Shown here: piece by piece, positions 1 through 11,840 of the stretch | Layout: each line of letters opens with the position of its first letter | Position numbering within the stretch: position 1 is the first letter of the stretch | DNA from: Vicugna vicugna | Lineage: Eukaryota | NCBI GenBank assembly: GCA_013265495.1 | Contig: MU061538.1 | Coordinates: forward strand, 1,490,001 to 1,554,000 | Direction: 5' to 3' | Length of the DNA: 64,000 bases | Notes under the pieces: model-generated | What the model was told of the DNA's origin: nothing | Databases searched by the model: none | The model's input: only the letters and a program-made list of their open reading frames with translations | Program-made: the position numbers and the translations under genes

Positions 1-124
1 TATTAATGAAAATAACAGAAGGACTGCCTATGAATATTTGTAATTAAATTTATGGCGACATTGGGAAGTCTAGTTATTGAACTAATGACACATGCAATTT
101 CGTTAACGTATTGTTTTCAGCGGT

Positions 125-431
125 GTGGTTCCCAGATGACTTCTCCCACCCCCTCTAGAAGATTCTGTATTCCTGTGACATGTGCAGGTAGGGTGACCCG
201 CCCATCCCACTGGGCCAATGGCGTGTGGGTTTGACCATCTTGCTGTTGCCCCAGGTCACGAGAACCACATGTCCCTGGAGGGGCTCCCCCTCAGGTTGGA
301 TCCCGGAATGAAAAGGCGAATAAAAAAGCCACAGCAGCCAACACATAACCTAAGTAAGAAACAAATGTTCATTGCAACAAGCCACTGAGATCTGGGGATT
401 GCTTGTTACTGCGGCAAGGCTGATGAATACA
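125..431 (+). mobile_element. MLT1-type (ERVL-MaLR) solo LTR fragment
   Basis: 3' end AAGCCACTGAGATCTGGGGATTGCTTGTTACTGC...TGAATACA resembles the MLT1H/J/K LTR terminus. The 5' boundary is approximate. Confidence 0.65.
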
Positions 432-846
432 AGCACCAAGGAATATTTATTTAGCAACCTATTTTATGAGCTGTGGTCTAGCTGAATCTCTAAGCATCTG
501 GACGACTTCTGGTACATGAGTATTAGAGGAAGAGTTGGAGCTGTCAATTTATTTTGAGTTTCCCAAATGAATCAATTTTCATTATATGATACTTCTCAAA
601 AGTACCATAAGGCCCGAATTAAGCAGCACCCTGGGGACAGTCTAATCTTATGACTGCTGTGTTCTTTCCATAGAAACTCAACAGATTGTCCCTTCGCCTC
701 TCTTAAGAGTCTTCAAAGACACAGCGCCTCACACAGCCATGCAGTCATTTCATCCAGGGACAGCCTCAATCTGCAGGAAGTTCTGTGTTGAGAGGAGCAG
801 TTTTTCTCAGTCCAAAGAGTGTGGACGTGGGTGCAGACAGGCCCAG

Positions 847-1372
847 TGTGTCATCTCCTGCCGTGGTGTAATAGATCACCACAGCCCTTGGTGCTGAAAA
901 CAGCACACATCCTTTATCTCCCCATTTCTGTGGGTCTGGAGTCTGGGCACAGCTCAGCGGCACTCGAGAGTTTGCACCAGGGCAGGGGTCCCCTCTGAGG
1001 CCAGGGGTCCTGCCCAAGCTCATGTGATTGGTGGCAGAATTCACTTTCTCAGGGCTGTGGCAATCATGGCAGCTTGCTTCCTAAGACCAGTAGGAGGATC
1101 CCTGACATTCTCACGTCTCATCATCAGGGAAGGTGGGACTCACTGGCTTAGGTCAGGCCCACCCGGGACAGGTTCCCTCGGGATGGACTCAAAGCCACTG
1201 GATCAGGACTGAATGGTATCTGCCGTGTCCCGCCTCCTTTGCCACAGGGCAGACCTGCTCGTGGGAGTGACACCCTGGATACTCCCAGGCGTCCCTTTGG
1301 AGGACGAGAGCAGGTCACGTGGGATGTGTGCACTGAGGCAGGAGTGGTGGGCCGTCTTAGAATTCTCCCAGT
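847..1372 (-). mobile_element. MLT1E-like (ERVL-MaLR) solo LTR
   Basis: Starts TGTGTCATCTCCTGCCGTGGTGTAATAGATCACCACAG, contains CCAAGCTCATGTGATTGGTGGCAGAATTCACTTTCT and ends GGCCGTCTTAGAATTCT, matching both ends of the recalled reverse-complement MLT1E consensus. Confidence 0.75.
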
Positions 1373-2358
1373 GCCGCCCTGGGCTCAGGACCGGCCGCTG
1401 GACGCGCCGGGGCCGCAAGCCAGTGTGGGTTTACTCACCTGCTTCTCCGCACCTTCATTGCTAAAGCAGAGGTGGTGGTGACAGGACCTTGTATTACTGC
1501 GTTGCATCAGTGCCTTCTCTGTAGCCCCCAGGAGCTGCCCTTCTCCAAGTCAGACATTCACATCCCCGAAGTCACCTCCTGTTCTCCGGAAGGTGTGTCT
1601 CGGGGCCACACACCCCGGACCCGTCGGGCGTTCTTTGTGGCCTGTTTGGTGTTCTCTCAACTGAACACGAGGTGTGGGCTGTGACGCACTCACACAGCGT
1701 GGGTTCTCAGTGGTGGGGGTCAAGGTGTAGGAGCCATCATGCCAGGCTTTTGCAGGGGGTGGGGGATTAGGCTGTGGTCCCTAAACCTCCAGGTGTGTGT
1801 GTCGCATGGACTGCTGAGTGATATCCCGGTGTCAGTCAGACAACCAGTAGACCCCTCCGGCTGTGATGTCCCGGCTGACGAGCACGTGTTCCTGGCACAC
1901 ACGGTGCTGCGCCACCACCCACTGTACAGAGGAGCCCTTCAGAACTCAGCTGCAGGGCGGGGAGGGGGGGCTGTGCACCGCAGGCTGAGGGGAGGGAGGG
2001 GGCTGTGCACTCAGGCTGGGGGGGCAGGCTGGCGGTTTCCTTCCTTCTCCGAGCTCACTCGGCGCCCTCGGCTTACCGCAGGGAAGAGACGCGTGCTCTG
2101 AGCCCTGATAATCTTACATTAATTTGATTTTTCCAAGACCTTACGGAACACTGGCTATATTTAGTTCCCCAAGCCCTCCAGGAAAGTGATGGATGTTAAC
2201 GGTTTAATCTTTCAGGGAAGGGAAGTGGTCCTCGGCCACATCAGATGATGCAGACGTTTCTTCTTCGGGGGCCGAGGGTGCAGGGTGGCCGTGCTCCGTG
2301 TCAGCTGGGCTCTCTTGCAGGGTTCTGGATGTGCTGCTGCCTAGAGGAGCAGTGTTAC

Positions 2359-2484
2359 CCGCCCCGTGCGAAGGCAGAAGCTGTGGTTGCCATGGCAATA
2401 GCCAATCTGAGGAAGCTGTGACCTAAATCGTGGCTGAGAGAAACAGTCCCTTGTCAGTATCACCGCCGCGAGCGCGCCGCGGGT
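2359..2484. promoter_or_regulatory. Promoter-like motif cluster: GC box, RFX X-box, CCAAT box, CpG-rich patch
   Basis: CCGCCCC at ~2359; GTTGCCATGGCAAT at 2386-2399 (13/14 match to the palindromic RFX X-box GTTGCCATGGCAAC); CCAAT at 2402-2406; CCGCGAGCGCGCCGCGGG at ~2466-2483. Motif evidence only. Confidence 0.4.
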
Positions 2485-4928
2485 TGTGTGTGCAGCACGC
2501 ATCACCTAGAATGAACTCTTTCCCCTCAGGAAAAGCCGAACTGCGGTTTTCTTACTGCAGAAACTTTTAGGGAACACAGGTAACACTGTGCTGCCGCAGG
2601 ACCAAAGAGCGGGGAGAGGTGGGCCAGCGCGTCCTCGGTGCACCGAGGACCAGCGTTTCATGGACGGTTGTGGGGGGAACCCCGCCTCTTCCCTGCACAA
2701 TGTCTGCTGGCCCCGGGCCCGGCTTCCAGGACAGCCCCTACAGGACAGTCGTCAGGAGGCTGGTGTCCTTCCTCATCTGGTGTGTCCACTAGGACCACAC
2801 ACACACCGCACACACGGTGAGAGACCGGCGCCTCTGAAGAGCCCGGCCGCACTCGGGGATGGAGGGCTGATTCCGCCCAGCTCCATCTGAGCCTCAGTGG
2901 AAGGAGGAACGTGACGGTGGCCTCAGCAGGGGTGAGGGGCGAGTGGGAGGCTGGCCCAGCCTATCCTGTCTGGTCTGTGTGCCTGTTGAGCCCGGTGGCC
3001 CCTCTGTGGTGGCCCCTGTCCCACAGTCACAGTTGGCATGAAGCAAGTCCCCTCCTCCGGTGGTGGTGGAGACGTTCGGATGTGCAAGCTGAAGTCACAG
3101 CAGCTCCATGTGATGTCCAGTGTCCCAAGTGTCCCCCATGCCTCAGACATCCCGTGGGAAAGGCTGAGTGTTGGGGGACAGTTAAGAACCCTCGGGCTTC
3201 GGGGGAGCTGGTGAGGTCTGGCTGCTGCGGGGCTGACTCTCCAGGGAGCGGCTGCCAGGGCCGCCTGTCTCCTGGGCAACCAGGGATGCGGGCTCTGGCC
3301 TCGCAGGGCTTCTGGGCAGCACTGGGGTGCACCTGCCTGTCCCCCGCTGTTTCGGGTTTGCTGTAAAAACAGGATCACTGTCTCCGCTGATCTTACCATT
3401 AACTTTCCATTTTGTGTTATCTTTAACCTGGTGAGTTTGAGGCAGGTGCTCCCTCTGCCAGGCTGGCTCCGTCCTCGCCCTCCCCCGCTTGCCCCTGCCT
3501 GGCGCTCCCTGGGAAGCTGGAGACCAGCTCAGAATGGCAGGCTGAGCGTCTTCCCTGCAGAGGGGCAGAGAGGTCCGTGGACCGGAAGGAACCTGCCACG
3601 TGTGGGGTTGTCCTCATCTCCCCGCCTCCCGGCCTGTGCGCACCTGGGGCATCCTGCCCCTCAGGACATGACGGGACAGGAGCTACCACGTTGATAATGG
3701 TTTCCTCTTTCACTCCTGGTGAGGAAGTAGTGCGTTATTGTGGACTCTGAAACATGCAGAGTAAGAACTAAATCACTAACGTGAGGGGTCAGGCACTGCT
3801 AAGCGGGAGGTAAGCAGGGAATGGAGTTGGGGAGGGGGCAGCTGGACTCTGCGTCAGTCTCATACACGAGCTTGTCCGCATGCTGCTACTTCAGAGGGTC
3901 CTTGGCCCGGTTCTCTGCTGCCCACCGAACAGACGGGCTCCCGGAGGCTCAGCTGGTCAGCTGGCGCCCACGCCCCGTCCCTAAGTGACCTGTTCCCTGG
4001 TCTGTTTTTGCATGGAGCTGTTAAGGGGAGTGTTTGAACAGTCTTCCTAAGCCGGCTTCTGTGATTCTCACTTCTGGTGGCCTTTCTTGGTTTTTGTATT
4101 TCAATTTTACAAAGCTGTGTATGTAACTTAACACAATAACATGTTAATTTATGTGCCGAAAGGTTCCCAGATGAAGTGGCCGTCAGGGTGAGTCCTGAGG
4201 GGGGCACCTCGCTGGCCTGTGAGGCTCGGGTCCGTGGCCCCAGCGGGGCAGGTGGGGGTTGGGGCAGGAGCTCAGAAGCCACAGGAGGGGCTCCTTCCTG
4301 ACAGGCACCTGCTGCTGTCTGCCGTGAGGACGTCCTGGGAAGGCCTGGGGCCTGCCCACCCACAAGCCTCCACGGGGCACACAGCCCCGGGCTCTGAGGG
4401 CACTGCCCGAGGGCCTCCTTTTGGGTTGCTTCTCCACACGGCCTTCCTGGACCACTGGGGCCCCGAGTGTGCCCCACGGGGCATGGGCAGCGGTCGGAGC
4501 AGCTGAGCCTCCCTGAGCCTGTCTGCTCTGCGGGACAACAGAGAACCGGGCTGAGGATGCTTTGAGGTGTCAGCACGCAGACGAGCTGGTGTATGAGACC
4601 AGCGTGAGCTCAGCCGCCCCTTCGCAGGTCGATTCCCTGCTTACCTCCCGCCTGGCGGCTAGGGCTCTGCACCTCCGCCCCGGGAAGGGGCCAGTCCTGG
4701 CTATCGGCCACAGAAGGGACACAGGACTCAAATCGACCCCTAGGAACACTTAAGTACTGCCCTCTGTGGGGTCTCAGGTGTATCTGGGAGAGAGAGACTG
4801 GGTGGGACTCAGTGTCCTGCAGGCAGGCTGCTCGGGGGGGTTCTGGTGCCACCTGCCGGGTGTGTGGGCAGGCGGGCAAGTGGCCTCCTGCGCCCCGCTG
4901 CTCCGGCACGAGTAGGGGGTGCTAACAG

Positions 4929-7900
4929 TTACACGCCCTGTCGTGGGCCGTCAGGGAGACGAAGCACTTTCACGTTTGTGAAGTGCCCACGGTCACCGAG
5001 GGCCTGAGTGCTGGCGTCACCTTCAGCGTCAGCGTCAGCGTGCGCGCTGGTGCGCGTCAGTGCTCGTGTTGGCCCAGGTGCGGTGTTAGCATCCGCCTGC
5101 AGTGCGTGCGGCTTAACCACAGGGCATGTGCCGAGTGCGCATGTGGCCCCGGGCTCAGCCCCCAGGGCCGCCGTTAAAGGAGGAACGTGTACACGTGTGT
5201 CAGCTTCAGCATCAGCACTGCGTACGAGCGTCAGCATCGGTGTCAGTGCCGGTGTCCGGGTTAGCGTCTCCGCCAGGGCAGTGTGAGGATCGGGACCCCA
5301 GCCCTGGAGAGCAGGACGCCTGCCTCCAGTGTCAGGACTGGCAGAAGCACGTCTGGATTTATCATCGATGGGATGGGCGAGTCGTTCAGGGACGGTTTCG
5401 GTGGACAGAGACCCGAATCCCGCTTCCTGAGGCCCCTCCTGCCTGCTGTGCCAGCAGCCCCTGTCCAGCTCCCTCCTCTGTCCTCTCCGCCTTCGCCTGG
5501 ACGCTTTTCTGAGGGCTCCCCGAGCCCGCCGGGACCATCGCCATCACCCCAGTGACGTCTCCAGAGCAGAGACCCAAGTGTTTTCTTCCCACGTCCTCTT
5601 GCAGACCCGCAGGCTCTGTCGGTGGTGGTGGCACCTCCCTGAGCCTGTCCCGCTGTGCCCGGCAGGCCCCCGCCCCCCCATGCACGGGTGGGGGTCCGCC
5701 GTGGGGCCTGTGTCTGGGACCCTGTGCCCACCTCTCCTGTGCGGTGGGTGCTCCTCTGGGACAGTCTCCCTGGCGCGTCCGCACCCTCCTCCCACATTTG
5801 CATGGCGTGTGCAGCGCACCGTTTCCAGAGCGTCACCCTTTGTCGTTGATATTCCGACGCAGTCTGCAATCAGCACGAGCTTCAGCTCCTCTCATTACCA
5901 GCTCTTGAAGGGATTCTTCAGACTCAGCAAGATCAGCCGCCTCGTCCGCCCAGCGTCTGCCTCCCGGCCCGGGGAGGCGCGTCTGCGTCCGAGCCCCGGC
6001 TCTGGGGCCGTGGGGCGCTCCCCTCACCTGAGCCACGAGGGAGGACACCTGCCTGGGGTCTGGGTGTCGCGGGGGGCTGCAGTCAGAGACGGGGGCTGGG
6101 GACGAGAGAGTGTGTCCTCAGGTCCTCCTGTAACTAAAACCTCCATTTCCTCCAAAAGGACATAGCGTGTTTCAGTGGAAAAATACGTTAAGAAACGTGT
6201 GTATCTTGTGTCTGTGTCTGTGTCGGGGGTGTGTGCACACACTTATTTCCAGTTAAGGGGAAGCGTGACCCAGAAACACGCCACAGGTTCACACGATTTT
6301 CAGATCAGGGCCGTAGACTGAATTCCGAGTGCACCAACGTCAAGATGAAAAGCAGCTATGACATTTCTCCAAGCTCTTCCTTTCTCCCATCACCCCAGCT
6401 GCTCAGCCAAGGAGAGGCTGTCGAGGTCCTTCCCCTGGGACTCGCAAAGAGGGTGTCACCGAGTGACAGCCTGGAGGCACAGCCCCTCCCCGGTGTCATC
6501 ACGCAAGCACCTGTTTGGGTTACACTGGGCTGTCACCACACCACAAAGGGACAGGACACAGAGCGAAGCAATTCAGTCAGAGCAGCTCTGAAGGAGGGGA
6601 GGGAAGCAGAGAGGGGCGGCGTTCTGGGGTTTGGGTTCAACAGAGGCAAAGCGGACGGGATCAAGCAGCCAGTCCCACCCGCAGGTGACTGGAGACGGGG
6701 CTCCGCCCAGTGCCGGTGGGACCTCCCTGCCCCGCACCCTTGCAGCCCAGGCCCACACCGCCCCTGCCGTCCACCTGCGGTGACGCGCTGAATGCTCGGG
6801 TTTTGCTCGCCCACCGCGGACAGGTGAAGTCCACTCAGAAGCTGTGGCTTGCCACCGCTTCTCCTGTGTTCTCAGTGCGCCTAAAACAGTCCCGAAGCGC
6901 TCACAGGGCCTTGCTGGGGCACAGTTTTCTCGCGCCCCGTCGCCTCGTCTGGACTCAGTGAGGGGCAGGGCTGGGGGAGAGGCTCCTGGGGGAGCCGCAG
7001 AGGAGGCGTTCGCTGCGGGTTTGAGAGTGAGCTCACGTGTGCGGGGCTTTATGTATTTAGCTTCAGGGTGGGGGGCTCCAGTTGCTTCTTCGCATACCTG
7101 GATGTTCTCCTGAGTCCAGAGCACCGTCAGCCCAAACCTGGGCTCGAGACCCACCTGGTCACGTGAATTTGGAATGCAGACCTGAGGCCGTCTGAGGATG
7201 GCTTTTGGTTTTGAAGACTCGGGGGAGATACTTTGCTCCTTCTGTGAAAGTGTCAGTCCTACAGGAGGTACTTTTCCTGATTCATTTGAGGTCATTTGGT
7301 GACGACAGTACAAGTTTGTGGGGGGCCGTTTCTCTGAGAGCCCCTGCCCGGGGCTTCCTTGGCTTTGGCCCCTACCCTCCGAGCGCCAAGGTGCCACTGG
7401 AACCACAGGTCAAGTTCGTCTCGTTTGTCAAATCCCCTCTGAGCAGAATTGGCTTCTATCTGTTCTTACTTCTCCGTCAGTCCTGAAACACCAAGAATTC
7501 GGCACCTGTTGTCCTCGCCACCGGAGCCCGCGGGCTGCCCAGGGCCACTGGTCCCTCCGCTCACTCTGCGCAGCTGCTCTGTGGGGTCGCGGTGGGCACT
7601 CCTGGGCACTGAGCTGGCCACCCCGGCTCCCGGCCTGTAGCCCCGTCTGCTCTTACGTGTCTGGTTCTGCCTCAGTCTGGTGTTGATTTGATCGCGTCTC
7701 CTGATTCTTCCTGGCTTCTCTTTGTTTCCACTAATGAGCAGAATGTCACAAGTCAGTCCTGTTACAGCGCAGAGAAGCTCGAACTTGGTTTCTCAGAGAC
7801 ACGTGCTAGCGTGAGCCCAGCTCCGGGAGCGAGTGAGCTCGGCCACGTGGGCGCAGGGGGGGCCTCCCCTGCGGGTTGGCATGTGCTTAGTGGGTCCCAC

Positions 7901-8079
7901 AGAACGCAAGGAGGGTCCTCACAGGAGCGGCAGGCCTCCGCTGGACCATCCTTTCAAGTGGAAACCAAAGAGCAGAGGAAGAAAGTGCAGTGACAGGTGA
8001 CCTACCTCAGGGAGTCCTTCCAGGGTTTACAGGTCTCCCCTCCCAGTTGCCAGTTCTCTCCCAGAGCGTTGGAGGAGAG
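4929..8079 (-). pseudogene. Candidate decayed multi-exon gene (or lncRNA) of unknown identity
   Basis: Minus-strand AG/GT-bounded segments at 8079-8006 (tcttctctttctttag|...GAG|gtaggt), 7758-7657 (ctgtaacag|...CAC|gtaaga) and 7482-7155 or 7098 (ggtgtttcag|...CAG|gtgggt or CAG|gtatgc). A further acceptor ttttagttacag at ~6130 leads into a frame with a few stops that is fully open from 5543 to a stop at 4929-4931. In-frame stops prevent an intact ORF. Confidence 0.35.
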
Positions 8080-8781
8080 CTAAAGAAAGAGAAGATGTTG
8101 ATCATGATTTTGGAAAAAGCTAAGGCAAAAAATACAAGAAAAACACAGAACCCGCTCTACCGAACACACCGGTGTGCCATGAGGTTGCAGGCTCCTCCTT
8201 GAGGGGAGCTTGCCTAACTGAGGTTTTGCAGAACACGTTTCTGCTGCGGGGGGATCTCTGAGGCTTGCTCTGTTTAGACGACTGTCTATAGTTGTTGGCT
8301 TTCCTTCGACAGGAACACCTGCAAATGACTAAGCAAAAGCCTGGTTGTTTTCATAACTTTTGTATTCTTTGAAGCTAACTTCTTAGACGTGATTCATACG
8401 GAGCCTGAATTCCACGAGATGCAGATGCTGTCACGTCAAGCTGTTGCCACCTTCTGCTCCAGCTCCTCTTCCCAGCTGGACCAGAGGAGCCCTGGTGATG
8501 GGACCCTGGGCTTAAGGAAAGGGAGTCGCTCCTCGAAGATTCCAGCAGGCCTGGCCCCCAGCGACTCCTGGTGAGGGTTCCATCTCCTCTCCCTCACCTG
8601 GCTCCACTCTCCTGATACACCTCCTGCCTTCCTAACCTTTGTCGCGTGTCTTGCTGACCAAGGTTTCCTAACATTCTGCGTGATTACCCAGACCTTGGTC
8701 GGAGTCCCTGGTGCCGGAGAGGTCTGAGCTGAGCAGCTTCTCCTCTCTTTGACTCCAGTGGTGAAAGTAAGACAATAAGTG

Positions 8782-9515
8782 AAGGGAGCCTCCCGCACTG
8801 CCGGTGGGAGTGTAGTCTGGTGCGGCCACTATGGAAAACGGTGTGGCGATTCCTCAAAAAACTGAAAATAGACTCACCCTATGATCCAGCAATCCCACTC
8901 CTGGGCATATATCCGGATAAAACTCTAATTTGAAAAGACACATGCACCCCAATGTTCACGGCAGCACTATTCACAACAGCCAAGACATGGAAACAACCTA
9001 AATGTCCAACAGAGGACTGGATAAAGAAGTTGTGGTATATTTATACAATGGAATACTACTCAGCCATAAAAAAAGAATGAAATAATGCCATTTGCAGCAA
9101 CGTGGATGGACCTGGAGGTGGTCATTCCAAGTGAAGTTAGCTAGAAAGAGAAAAATGCCATATGATATCACTCATATGTGGAATCTAAAAGAAGAAAAAA
9201 GAGAACACTAATGAACTCATCTACAAAACAGAAACAGACTCACAGACATAGTAAATAATCTTATGGTTACTGGGGAAAGGGGGATGGGAAGGGATAAATT
9301 TGGGAGTTTGAGATTTGCAAATGATAACCACTGTATATAAAATTAGATAAAAACCAGATTCCTTCTGTACAGCACAGGGAACTATATTCAGTATCTTACA
9401 GCTTTTAATGTAAAAGAATATGGAAATGAATACATGTGTGTATACGTAGGACTGGGACATTGTACTGTGCACCAGAGATTGATACACTGTAACTGACTAG
9501 GTCAAGAAGAAAAAA
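8782..9515 (+). mobile_element. LINE-1, 5'-truncated (ORF2 C-terminus plus 3' UTR)
   Basis: Classic L1 3' motifs: TATGATCCAGCAATCCCACTCCTGGGCATATATCC, GAATACTACTCAGCCATAAAAAAAGAATGAAATAATGCCATTTGCAGCAAC, GTACAGCACAGGGAACTATATTCA, plus an A-rich tail. Confidence 0.95.
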
Positions 9516-9828
9516 GGATAAGAAGTGACCTATTTGCGCTTATGAGCAACATAGCGGGCTCTGAGAAATCGAAGGACTCATAAACTGTACACTCAACACC
9601 GTTTTTTGTAGTGTACAAGGCTGGGCTAACCACCACCAAGCATGAATGGAAAAGACAAGTCTTGGCTTCAGCAGGGGCACCCTCTTTGTCAACAAACGAC
9701 CACAGGGATCCAGTGTCTGTTACCGCACATACCGCATACCACCCCTGTCCTGAGAAGTTCCTCCCCCTGAAGAATGATCGTGCTGAGAAGTAGAGACTCG
9801 TCACAGCCGCAGGCTTTCCTCAGTTGAG

Positions 9829-10150
9829 TGTGTTAGTGATCTGTTGCTATGGAACCAATTACCGCAGAATTCGGGGCTTGGGACAACAGCGTTTGCTGCC
9901 TCCCAGTCGCTGTGGGTTGGAAATCCACGCACAGCTGAGCTGCTTCCTCTGATCCGGGGTCTCGGCAGCCTGCGGTCAGGGTGCTGCCGGGGGCTGCATC
10001 TCATCTGAAGGCCCACCTGGGGAAAGGCCTGCTTGGGAGCTCACTCCCTTGGTTGTCAGTGGGATTTAGTTCCTGGGGGTGGTCTGCGGGAGGCAGCCCG
10101 CAGGTCTTCGCCGTGAGGGCTCTTCCAGCATGGCACGTGCTTCACTGAAG
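9829..10150 (-). mobile_element. MLT1F-like (ERVL-MaLR) LTR fragment
   Basis: TGTGTTAGTGATCTGTTGCTATGGAACCAATTACC...GGGGCTGCATCTCATCTGAAGGC...GAGCTCACTC resembles the reverse-complement MLT1F consensus. Confidence 0.7.
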
Positions 10151-10882
10151 CAGGGGCTTCCCCTGAGAGCCTCTCTGAGCCCAGGAGCAGCTGGAAGGCG
10201 GCAGGAGACTAGGACGGTGTGAGGCCAGCCTCAGAGGACGCCAGGGACGCCTTGTTACAATCATACAGATTCCACGGCCTTGAGACCCTTGCTCTCAGCC
10301 TTGGCACATGGTTGGGGATTTTCTGCGTTGCAGCAATCCCTGTAAAATCCTGTATCTTTAATTATCCAACCTGCAGAAACTCTTAAAATAGATGATTAAA
10401 TGGGAGATAATTAGTGACTTTCCATGCAAACGCGCACATTTGCTAGTGGAGATCGTTGGCTGGAGGGTGCCCGGCGCTCCTGCGGGCTGGGGAGTCTGCC
10501 TCCTGGTCGTCCAGAAGGCTTGGGAGGCTCCTGTCCCAGAGATGCCCGGGGCCCTTCCACCTGCTCCCGCCGTCCCGAGGCTGGCCTCCCAGGGAAAGGC
10601 ACTGGTGCTTCCGTAGCCCCATAGCGACCTAGTCACCGCTCAGGCGGCGAGAAGTCATGTCCCCAGGGGTGGAAGTGGAAACAGCATTCCTGAGGTTCAG
10701 GCCAGGGAGCAAAGGCCAGCGGTCAGGGGGCGTGTCAGGGGAGCGTCTTGTTCCCTACAACTGAGAAAAAACCTGAAAGCAAGGTTTTTCCACTGATCAT
10801 AACTTTGCTTTAGACTTTGAGACTGAGGTTTCCCCTGTGAGAAGCTTAGCCTACTTCCCCACTTCTCATCCAGTGGAAACGT

Positions 10883-10899
10883 GAGAGAGAGAGAGAGAG
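10883..10899. repeat. (GA)n microsatellite
   Basis: Directly visible GAGAGAGAGAGAGAGA run. Confidence 0.9.
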
Positions 10900-11359
10900 A
10901 AGGAAAAGAGAGTGTGCACAGCAAGGTGTGGCTAGCAGCCTGCGCCGTCCGGTCTCCGAGCGAGCAGCCTGCGAGCAGCCGACCGGCGACGGCGCCGCGC
11001 TCCTGGCCGACGGCTCGGCTGCGCCCTTGCGAGCAGCCGGCCCCACGGTGGTCAGCTGCCACCCGCGCCGCGCTCTTACAGCTCAAGGTGGGAGCATCGG
11101 CCGGCAGAAAGAGGGTGTGTCTGCACGTCTGTCTTCAGGAGAACAGTTTATTTTTTAATTCCTAGATACTATCCTAAATGGGACCTCTTGCTGCACAGAA
11201 GGCAAGAAGCAGTGAAGATTTCACGTAAGTGTGATGAGTGAGCAGAGGCGCGCTTCGGTGAACACCCCTCGCGAGGTGGTGGGGCCAGGGCCCCTCTCGT
11301 GTCCGTGGGCTATCAGTGCACGGACCGGGGCTCACGGACGGCACGTGTGATTGCGCTGC

Positions 11360-11840
11360 TTTTTTTTTTAATTGAAGTCCAGTCAGTTACATTGTGCCAG
11401 TTTCTGTGCACCGCGTCATGGTTCAGCCGTACACGTACACACATGTATTCGTTTTCAGGTTCTTTTCCATTATAGGCTGTTACAAGATATTGCATAGGGT
11501 TCCCTATGCTGTATGTACAGTAGGACCTTGTTGCTCATCCATTTTATGTCTAATAGTGTGTGTCCTCAAGTCTCCAACTCCCAATTTATCCCTTCCCTCC
11601 CCTTCCCCCCACCCTGTAACCATAGGTTTGTTTTCTACGTTTGCGAGTCTATCTCTGTTTTGTAAATAAGATCGTTTGCCTCATTTCTTGGGTTCCACGT
11701 AGAAGTGATATCATGCGGTATTTGTCTTCCTCTGACTGACTTCACGTCGAACGACGGTCTCCAGGTCCGTCCATGTTGCTGCAGGCGGCGTGACTTCGTT
11801 CTTTTCTCACGGCTGAGTCGTGTTCCATTGTGTAAATACA
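11360..11840 (-). mobile_element. LINE-1 3' end, antisense, strongly GC-shifted
   Basis: Poly-T then AATTGAAGTCCAGTCAGTTACA...CTCCAACTCCCAATTTATCCCTTCCC...CCATGTTGCTGCA...TTCCATTGTGTAAATA. Aligns by eye with the copies at 8782, 16470 and 61910. Confidence 0.93.

Noticed and set aside
4909..4924. CTCF-like motif CGAGTAGGGGGTGCTA (also CCACCAGGTGGAGA at ~24470)
   Set aside because: Mismatches fall at core positions, and such partial matches are expected by chance in 64 kb of GC-rich DNA.
9844..9857. X-box-like GTTGCTATGGAACC
   Set aside because: It lies in the terminus of an MLT1 LTR, where similar sequence is part of the repeat. There is no independent support.
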